Positions 57,312 through 64,000 of a stretch of DNA of 64,000 nt are shown here, in pieces. The DNA lies in contig OZ241351.1 of NCBI GenBank assembly GCA_965200355.1, forward strand, positions 1,714,426-1,778,425, given 5' to 3'. The position numbers were made by a program, and so were the translations under genes. Source of the stretch: an uncultured Candidatus Binatia bacterium. GTDB taxonomy: Bacteria; Desulfobacterota; Binatia; Bin18. Each line of letters begins with the position of its first letter. Position 1 is the first letter of the stretch. Under the pieces are notes generated by a model. The model ran no database searches, was not told where the DNA came from, and saw nothing but the letters and a program-made list of their open reading frames with translations.

Positions 57312-60300
57312 ATGCGTCCACAAAAACTCAGCCTCAAAAATTTCATGCCCTTTCGGGTCACAGGCGATCAGGTTCACGCGGTGGACTTTTCGCAACTTGG
57401 CCTCTTCTCCATTACCGGCCCGATGGGGAGCGGGAAATCTGCGCTCGTCGACGCAATGGTCTGGTGCCTGTATGGCCGCACCGCACGCTATGGATTGGAC
57501 TCAAAAGGCGTGATCTCGACCGGTGAGCAGACGTGCGAGGTCGGGCTGGACTTCACCATTGGTGAGCGTTGGTTCCGAGCGGTCCGCCGGACCGGCAAAA
57601 TCACCGAATCCGGTCTCAGCGAACGCGAGGGCGAAGAGTGGATACAGGACACGTCCGGGTCTGCGTCGCTTACCAGGCGGATTGAAGAACTCTTGGGCCT
57701 CGATTTTGACGGCTTCACCAAAACCGTCATCCTCCCCCAGGGACGCTATGCCGAGTTTCTGACCAGCGAGCCAAAAAAACGGCGCGAGTTGTTGGCGAAA
57801 ATCCTGGAACTTGGGGTGTACACTCGGGTGGCTGACCAGGCCAAACTCGTTGCCGTACAGGCCAAAACCAGGGCGGACACCCTGCACGAAACGCTGGCCC
57901 AATACGCCGGCCTGAGTCAGGAGCATATCGCGCTTCAGAAAGAAGAACTTTCCAAACTCGACCAACATATTGAGCAGCTTGCTCAGCGAGAAGCCGGCTT
58001 GCGCCGTGTGGCCCAACACGTCGAGCACATAGCCGGCTTGCGGGGTCGTCTGGCTGAGCTTCAGGAGGAAGTGCAGGAACGTACCCAAGAGAGAGAGCAG
58101 GCCCAAAAGCAGGTCAACGCAGCGAGCGCTCAGGTTGCCGGTCTGACACAGGAATTGGCAAAAATTGGCCAGGAACGGGCAGCGCTGGGATATGATGCGG
58201 CGCGCCACGAGGATGTGAACCGTGCAGTTGGCCATCTCAAGGAATGGGTGCTCGCCCAACAGGAAGCCCAGCGGAAAAATACCGAGCAGACCCGGGTCCG
58301 GGAAGCAGTTGAAGGGCTTGCTCAAAAAATCGAGTCCCACACGCGCCAAGTCGAACAGGCCCGGTCTCGACACCAGTCTTGCGCCGCCAGGTTTGAGCAT
58401 CTCGTTGCCGAAGCCGGCGACGTGGCCACGCTGACGGAAAAGCTCGGAGCCGCAAAACGCTGGAAAAAACTGCACCACGAACAACAGCGCCTCACCGCTC
58501 GGATAGAGACGCTGGGCCAGGACCACACCGCTACGCAACACCGTCTGGACGACCTGAAACAACAGGAAGGGGGGCACGCCCGGACCGTCCGGGCACTGCA
58601 AGACCAACTCGAACGCACCCAGGCAGAGGAACGGCAAAACCGCGAACAGCGGGCCGAAGCTGAGGCTCTGGGGAGAGAACTCCAGGCAGCGCGCACAGCG
58701 GAAAAACGGTCGCAATCCGACTATGAGACTGCCGGTAGCGGGTTGACCCAAGCCGAACAAACGGCCCAGCACAACCGGCAGGCGCTCGCCCAGGCCGAAA
58801 CGCAGGAGCAGGCCGCTCGCAGCGCGCTGGAAGACAGCCAACGCCGGCACGAAGCCGCCCATCTGCGGGAGACGTTGCGCGTCGGCGATATCTGCCCGGT
58901 GTGTCGGGTCATGGTGCGCGAAATTCCTCTTGCTCAAGAAGGCGGGGAGGATTTGAAGACTCTCCAGCAGCAAACCAAACGCGCCTCACTGACGACTCAA
59001 CACCAACGCGCCGAAGCACAAGCAGCAGCCGCCAGGGTTGCCACCTGTCGGGTGAGACTCGAGGCTGCGGATCGGGGGCTGAAAGACCGTGAGCGCGCCA
59101 GACAAGAAGCCCAGGACCGCTTTGTCGCCCGTTTCCCCGGCCATCCGTCTCTTGCTGAAGCGCTCGGGGCGGTACAGACCCGGCACGCAGCGCTGAGCGC
59201 GGCGCTCAAAGACCTGGAAGCGCAAGCGGCCTCTGCCGAGCAGAAAAAAGTGCAACTGTCCCGCCAACGTGAATCCGCGCAACAAGAGGCCGCCAAGCTC
59301 GCCGAGGCGCTACGCGGGACAACCGAAAGGCTGGAGGCTGATACCCGTGAGTTGGATGCGCTCAAAGGCGAGCTGGCGACGTTTCTCGCCACGAGTGGAG
59401 ACCCGGTGCAGAGTGTGGCCCAACGCCGCGCGACGCTGAGGCAGGCCGAGCAACACATGCAGGAAGCGGAGAAAGCCTTGCATCAACTCGAAGGGGCGCG
59501 CAACTCGTTGCACACCGCCCAGGTCCAAAAAAATGGCGACCTCAGATTGCTCGCCGTCGAATACGAGGGTGCGTTACTCCAAGCCGAGCGCGAAGCGCTG
59601 GCCGTGCGCGCCTGCCTTGGTCTGGCAGAAGACGCGGGGTTGCCACAGACTGAAGACCTGGAAAGTGAACGCAAGGTGCTGTCAGGCCGGCAAACCCGCC
59701 ACGCAGACTTGTCACAACGCGAAGAAAAAGTGCGGGTCAAGCGAGACCAGACGGAACAGCAGGCCAAGGAGGCGCAAGCCGACCTTCAAGCCCGAACGGG
59801 AGTGTTAGAAGAATCCCAGCAGAAACAGGGACAGGCTCAGCACCAACTCGAAAAAGAACGGGACCGGCTTCAGGCGGCGATTGTCCAACACCACCTCACT
59901 GACACGGGTGAGGACGGACAGCAGATCAAACCCCAACTGGAAACGGCCCGCGCCCAGATGATGTCTTGCCAAGCCCAACGCGGCCGCTTAGCGGCTGAAC
60001 ACGCCGAGGCCGAACGGCGTTGGCAGGAAAAGGAGCAGGAAGAAGAAAAGCTGCACGCCGCACAGCGTGAAGAGCGTCTGGCCTCGGACCTGCGCAAGCT
60101 GCTGGGCGCAGAATTTACCGACTTCCTGTCGCGTGACGCCATAAAAGCCCTGATGCACGATGCGTCCGCCCACCTGCAACGCCTCACCCGCGGCCGTTAC
60201 GTGTTTGATATTGCGTATCGGGGCCGGGCGATCACGCTCCAGATTATTGACCACGAAGAGCAGCGTCAGGTTCGGCCGACTCATTCGCTATCGGGCGGAG

Positions 60301-60593
60301 AAACGTTTTTAGCCTCGCTCGCCCTCGCCCTCGCCCTGTCGCAGGGGTTTCGCACCATTGCGACCGGGCGGGCCGCCCAGACCTCAACCGAATGCCTGAT
60401 TCTGGATGAAGGGTTCGGGACACTGGACCGGGAAGGCGTGCAGCTGGTGACGGAAGTCCTGCAAGAATTACGGGGCGAAGAAAGACGGATGGTGGGCATT
60501 ATTACCCATGTCGAAGAAGTGGCTGTGGCCATGCCCATGCACCTGGAAGTCCGCAAAGGTGGCAGGACGAGCGAGATTAAGCTATCAGGCTAG
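57312..60593 (+). CDS. sbcC: Rad50/SbcC family ATPase
   Basis: Walker A ITGPMGSGKSALVDAM. Long coiled coil with central zinc hook CPVC. Signature LSGGETFLASLALALAL. Walker B LILDEGFGTLD. H-loop ITHVEE. Confidence 0.9.
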   Translation: MRPQKLSLKNFMPFRVTGDQVHAVDFSQLGLFSITGPMGSGKSALVDAMVWCLYGRTARYGLDSKGVISTGEQTCEVGLDFTIGERWFRAVRRTGKITESGLSEREGEEWIQDTSGSASLTRRIEELLGLDFDGFTKTVILPQGRYAEFLTSEPKKRRELLAKILELGVYTRVADQAKLVAVQAKTRADTLHETLAQYAGLSQEHIALQKEELSKLDQHIEQLAQREAGLRRVAQHVEHIAGLRGRLAELQEEVQERTQEREQAQKQVNAASAQVAGLTQELAKIGQERAALGYDAARHEDVNRAVGHLKEWVLAQQEAQRKNTEQTRVREAVEGLAQKIESHTRQVEQARSRHQSCAARFEHLVAEAGDVATLTEKLGAAKRWKKLHHEQQRLTARIETLGQDHTATQHRLDDLKQQEGGHARTVRALQDQLERTQAEERQNREQRAEAEALGRELQAARTAEKRSQSDYETAGSGLTQAEQTAQHNRQALAQAETQEQAARSALEDSQRRHEAAHLRETLRVGDICPVCRVMVREIPLAQEGGEDLKTLQQQTKRASLTTQHQRAEAQAAAARVATCRVRLEAADRGLKDRERARQEAQDRFVARFPGHPSLAEALGAVQTRHAALSAALKDLEAQAASAEQKKVQLSRQRESAQQEAAKLAEALRGTTERLEADTRELDALKGELATFLATSGDPVQSVAQRRATLRQAEQHMQEAEKALHQLEGARNSLHTAQVQKNGDLRLLAVEYEGALLQAEREALAVRACLGLAEDAGLPQTEDLESERKVLSGRQTRHADLSQREEKVRVKRDQTEQQAKEAQADLQARTGVLEESQQKQGQAQHQLEKERDRLQAAIVQHHLTDTGEDGQQIKPQLETARAQMMSCQAQRGRLAAEHAEAERRWQEKEQEEEKLHAAQREERLASDLRKLLGAEFTDFLSRDAIKALMHDASAHLQRLTRGRYVFDIAYRGRAITLQIIDHEEQRQVRPTHSLSGGETFLASLALALALSQGFRTIATGRAAQTSTECLILDEGFGTLDREGVQLVTEVLQELRGEERRMVGIITHVEEVAVAMPMHLEVRKGGRTSEIKLSG

Positions 60594-60632
60594 ACATCCA
60601 CTGCTGGAAGCACTCGTTTAAGGAGGACAGAC

Positions 60633-61502
60633 ATGTCACTGCACTCAGCAACGGTCGGCTCGGTTGGACACCCGTTTGTCAGCGAAATCGACGCGCGGTG
60701 GGTCATGTCATACGCGGCCGGACTCGATGACTATTTACCCTGTTATATGGACACCTGCCGACCGGACGGGATTGTTGCCCATCCCCTTTTTCCGGTCTGT
60801 ATTGAGTGGCCGGTGATGCTCGCCCTGCGAGACCGCGCCCTGCAACGCGCAGAAGCCCTGCGGGGCTTCCATGCCACGCACGACCTGGTGATACACCGTC
60901 TTATCCGGGCGGGCGAAAAGCTGACCACCCAGGCCACCGTGGCCGGCGTTGAACGGCGCAAGCCGGGGGCCTACCAGACCGTCCGTTTTGATACCCGCGA
61001 TGCCGCTGGCCAGCCGGTCTGTTCGACCTGGTACGGCACGCTCTTTCGTGGGGTGCCCGTTGAGGGGGACGATATGCCGGTTGCTGATTTGCCGACGCCA
61101 TTGGCCCCGCTCGATACACAGACCGGAGCGCAGGCGGAAATCCCGGTGTCGATTTCCGCAGGGGCGGCCCATGTCTATACCGAGTGCGCGCGTATCTGGA
61201 ACCCGATTCATACTGACCCGGCGGTGGCCGAGCAGTACGGACTGCCAGGGTTGATCCTGCATGGAACCGCAACCCTGGCGCACGGCATTTCCCGTGTGAT
61301 TGCCCAGGAAACCGACGGTCAGCCAGAGCGGGTCAAGCGGATCAGCGGGCGCTTTGGTGCCATGGTGTTCATGCCGTCGCGCCTGACCGTTCGCGTTGTG
61401 TCACGGCAAGCGGGGGCGGAGGGCGACGTGGTGCGGTTTGAGATACGAACTGCGGAGGGCAAGCCCGCGGTGCGGGACGGGGCCATTGTCCTCGGCTCAT
61501 AA
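60633..61502 (+). CDS. MaoC-family dehydratase, double hot-dog (N- and C-terminal domains)
   Basis: Two hot-dog halves (...HPLFPVCIEW..., ...IWNPIHTDPAVAEQYGLPGLILHG...). Confidence 0.7.
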   Translation: MSLHSATVGSVGHPFVSEIDARWVMSYAAGLDDYLPCYMDTCRPDGIVAHPLFPVCIEWPVMLALRDRALQRAEALRGFHATHDLVIHRLIRAGEKLTTQATVAGVERRKPGAYQTVRFDTRDAAGQPVCSTWYGTLFRGVPVEGDDMPVADLPTPLAPLDTQTGAQAEIPVSISAGAAHVYTECARIWNPIHTDPAVAEQYGLPGLILHGTATLAHGISRVIAQETDGQPERVKRISGRFGAMVFMPSRLTVRVVSRQAGAEGDVVRFEIRTAEGKPAVRDGAIVLGS

Positions 61503-61525
61503 AAGACACGGACAAGGAGGGGCGT

Positions 61526-62533
61526 ATGCAACGCGGACTGATTTTTCCCGGAGGCGGGATGTCGCAGCGCGACATGATGGTGGTCGCCAAAGAAGCCGAA
61601 GCCGCGGGGTTTGATTCTCTGTATGTGACCGAAGCGTGGCGGAGCGCGTTTGTCCCGTTGACCGCGCTCGCCCTGGCAACCGAACGGGTCCGCATTGGTT
61701 CCTATGTGCTGAACGCCTACGGCCGTAGCCCGTTTATTACGGGCATGAGCGCGGTTGATGTGGACGAGCTGTCCGGTGGGCGGCTGCTGCTCGGGGTCGG
61801 CAGCGGCAACCGGCATATTAACGCCGAGTGGCAGGGTATCCCGCATGACAAGCCCTATCAAAAGATGACCGAGTATATTGAGAACCTTCAACACATCGTC
61901 CGTACCCCGGCCGGCTCGCGGGTCGCCTACCAAGGCGACATTCACACTATGGACTGGGTACCGGCAGTGACCCCTATTCGCCCGAGCATTCCCATATACC
62001 TGTCCGCCATTTTTCCGCGCATGGTCCGCGTTGCCGGGCGGGTCGCGGACGGCATCGCCCTGGGCGCGATATTATCCGCGCCGTACGCGCGTGAGGTGAT
62101 TCAACCTGCGGCCCGGAAGTCTGCGGTACAAGCTGACCGCGACCCGCACGCCCTCGGTTTTCTGATGGGTTCGTTTGTCTCGGTCCACGCGGAACGTGAA
62201 GTCGCCCGCCAAGCTGCGCGTGAAGCAATCTGTCGTCTCTTCGCTCCACTGCCGCACCCGTATTACGAGTATATGCTGCGTGAGCAGGGTTTTTCGGCTG
62301 CCGCAGACGCGGCCTTGAAGCACGTCCCGGAGGGCAATATCCAGAAAGCGGCGGAGGCCATGACCGACGAAGTGGTTGATACCGTCACCATCGCCGGAAC
62401 GCCCGAGGAGTGCCGGCGGCGGCTGACTGAGTATGAAGGCGTGGTGGACGAGGTGATTTTTGTGAATGTTTCCTACTCATCGGGGGCCGGCGCCGGCATG
62501 ATGGAGGGATATCGAAAGTTATTGCAGGTGTAG
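61526..62533 (+). CDS. LLM-class flavin-dependent oxidoreductase (possibly F420-dependent)
   Basis: ...AEAAGFDSLYVTEAW...LLLGVGSGN... Luciferase-like TIM barrel. Confidence 0.75.
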   Translation: MQRGLIFPGGGMSQRDMMVVAKEAEAAGFDSLYVTEAWRSAFVPLTALALATERVRIGSYVLNAYGRSPFITGMSAVDVDELSGGRLLLGVGSGNRHINAEWQGIPHDKPYQKMTEYIENLQHIVRTPAGSRVAYQGDIHTMDWVPAVTPIRPSIPIYLSAIFPRMVRVAGRVADGIALGAILSAPYAREVIQPAARKSAVQADRDPHALGFLMGSFVSVHAEREVARQAAREAICRLFAPLPHPYYEYMLREQGFSAAADAALKHVPEGNIQKAAEAMTDEVVDTVTIAGTPEECRRRLTEYEGVVDEVIFVNVSYSSGAGAGMMEGYRKLLQV

Positions 62534-62598
62534 GAGCGATTCACGAACCGCCCCTCCACCAACCCTCACGAGGGCTCTGAGCCTTGTGCCGACACCGG

Positions 62599-62979
62599 CT
62601 ACGCGCTCTTGGCCTTTTTCTCGTCGATAGTGTCGAACACCTGTTTGGCGAGGCGCAGCCCATTGACGCCGACCGGCCAGCCGCCGTAGTGGGCGAGGTG
62701 GATCATGACTTCGTTGATCTTGTCCCGGCTGATGCCGATATTGAGCGCGCCACGAATGTGGACCTTGAGTTCCGGGTCGCGGCCCAACACGGTCAGGGCC
62801 GCCAGAGTAATCAGTGAGCGCTCCTGAATGGCCAAGCCGTCCCGGCCCCAGATATCGCCGAACAGATTTTTGACCGTGATATCCAGAAAATCCTCGTGCA
62901 TACTGCCCGGTCGGGGCTCCACGCCGAAGAGTTCTTTCATCTTTGCCGCACCCTTTTGATAGCGTTCGGAATCTGCCAT
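62599..62979 (-). CDS. carboxymuconolactone decarboxylase family protein (AhpD-like)
   Basis: ...ITLAALTVLGRDPELKVHIRGALNIGISRDKINEVMIHLAHYGGWP... Confidence 0.75.
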   Translation of the reverse strand: MADSERYQKGAAKMKELFGVEPRPGSMHEDFLDITVKNLFGDIWGRDGLAIQERSLITLAALTVLGRDPELKVHIRGALNIGISRDKINEVMIHLAHYGGWPVGVNGLRLAKQVFDTIDEKKAKSA

Positions 62980-63104
62980 TTTTGCCTCCTTGTTTCCTTG
63001 TGAGCTACACGCTCCATACCCTTGCCTGGCAGGGGTCCATTGTCTAGTATCAGACCGGCTGTCCGAGAGTCAAAACCGAGAACCCGCATCGAGATAGGAA
63101 CACC

Positions 63105-64000
63105 ATGAACGAACACCCCTCCTCTACGCCTGCTCCCCAGCCTCCGGGCCCCCTGCACGGTATCCGCGTGGTTGAATGTGGTCATATGGTTGCCGCGGCG
63201 TATGCCGGCAAGCTGATGGCCGACCTTGGCGCGGAGGTCATCAAGGTCGAAGAGCCAAGCGGCGACCTGGCCCGGCAGCGCGGACCGTATCCAGGGAATA
63301 CCCCTCATCCCGAGAAAAGCGGCCTGTTTCTGTATCTGAATACGAATAAGCGGGGGGTGACGCTCAATCTGGAAACGGCAAAAGGCCGAGAACTGTTCCA
63401 GCGCCTGGTCAAAGACGCGGATGTTGTCGTCCATAATTATCATCCCACCCAGACCGCCGCTCTCGGCCTGGAGTATGAGACCCTGGCCCAGCAGAATCCC
63501 AACGTGGTGATGACCTCAATCTCACCCTTTGGGCAAACCGGCCCACACCGGGACTATACCGCGCACGATTTAACCATGTGGAGCGCCGGCGGCATTGTCT
63601 TTCTCGGCGGACTGGGTGGCCGCCCGGACCTGCCGCCGCTCAAGGCCGCGGGTCAACAGGCCGGATTCCAGGCCGGGGTCAACGCGGGTATTGCCTTGCT
63701 GGGGGCGCTGTACGCCCGGCTCGGGACGGGCCGGGGCCAGCATATCGACATCTCGGTCCAAGAGTGCCTGGTCGCCATTATGGAGAATAACTATATTGCC
63801 TGGCCATACGACCAGACGACGCCGTCGCGGCTGGGCTTTCGATTGATTCCCCAAGACGTCCTGCCCTGCCGGGACGGCTATATTTATGTACTCGCGGTCG
63901 AAGAGCATCAGTGGCAGAACGCGGTGGCGCTCATGGGCAACCCCGAATGGGCGGACACCGAACTCTTCCAGGATTTTGTGGCCCGCTCGGTCAACTGGGA
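63105..64000 (+). CDS. CoA transferase, family III (CaiB/BaiF); 3' end beyond window
   Basis: Self-translated: MNEHPSSTPAPQPPGPLHGIRVVECGHMVAAAYAGKLMADLGAEVIKVEEPSGD... No stop before the window end. Confidence 0.8.
   Translation, partial: MNEHPSSTPAPQPPGPLHGIRVVECGHMVAAAYAGKLMADLGAEVIKVEEPSGDLARQRGPYPGNTPHPEKSGLFLYLNTNKRGVTLNLETAKGRELFQRLVKDADVVVHNYHPTQTAALGLEYETLAQQNPNVVMTSISPFGQTGPHRDYTAHDLTMWSAGGIVFLGGLGGRPDLPPLKAAGQQAGFQAGVNAGIALLGALYARLGTGRGQHIDISVQECLVAIMENNYIAWPYDQTTPSRLGFRLIPQDVLPCRDGYIYVLAVEEHQWQNAVALMGNPEWADTELFQDFVARSVNW

Noticed and set aside
57501-58973. 490-aa minus-strand ORF
   Set aside because: Antisense to rad50/sbcC. Proline/glycine-rich junk translation.

Overview
High-GC (about 63-65% by eye) bacterial chromosomal segment. 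The organism is almost certainly diderm: the window has a LolB-like lipoprotein, a TonB-dependent receptor and an OMP beta-barrel. About 60 genes can be supported.

Gene content falls into three groups. Housekeeping: dprA-topA, trmFO, argS, a UvrD-like helicase, CysQ-like and deoxyhypusine-synthase-like genes. A large block of organic-acid and acyl-CoA catabolism: acyl-CoA dehydrogenase, two enoyl-CoA hydratases, MmgE/PrpD, a PEP-mutase/isocitrate-lyase family lyase, an FAD dehydrogenase, two family-III CoA transferases, a P450, a hydantoinase-like amidohydrolase, LLM flavin oxidoreductases and MaoC dehydratases. Transporters: KefB-like, MATE and MFS.

The features most worth a second look:
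1. A two-domain rhodanese whose catalytic Cys codon is an in-frame TGA with a stable hairpin 11 nt downstream. This is a candidate selenocysteine sulfurtransferase.
2. A tightly packed archaeal-type nurA-herA-mre11(sbcD)-rad50(sbcC) four-gene cluster. The HerA-like ATPase has an atypical P-loop.
3. Three lower-GC accessory islets:
   - XRE regulator + unknown 135-aa ORF + a decayed, frameshifted N4/N6 DNA-methyltransferase-like gene.
   - NadD-like nucleotidyltransferase, translationally coupled to a Type IIG (nuclease plus gamma-class N6-MTase) restriction-modification gene that is split into two ORFs between MTase motifs I and IV, plus a lipoprotein.
   - HicB-like antitoxin + a 374-aa HSDR_N (PD-ExK) domain protein + a truncated XRE remnant.

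Several conserved genes (dprA, the TonB-dependent receptor) carry single-base frameshifts, the dprA one at a G5 homopolymer. All split genes should therefore be treated as possible assembly indels until re-checked. No rRNA, tRNA or CRISPR array was seen.
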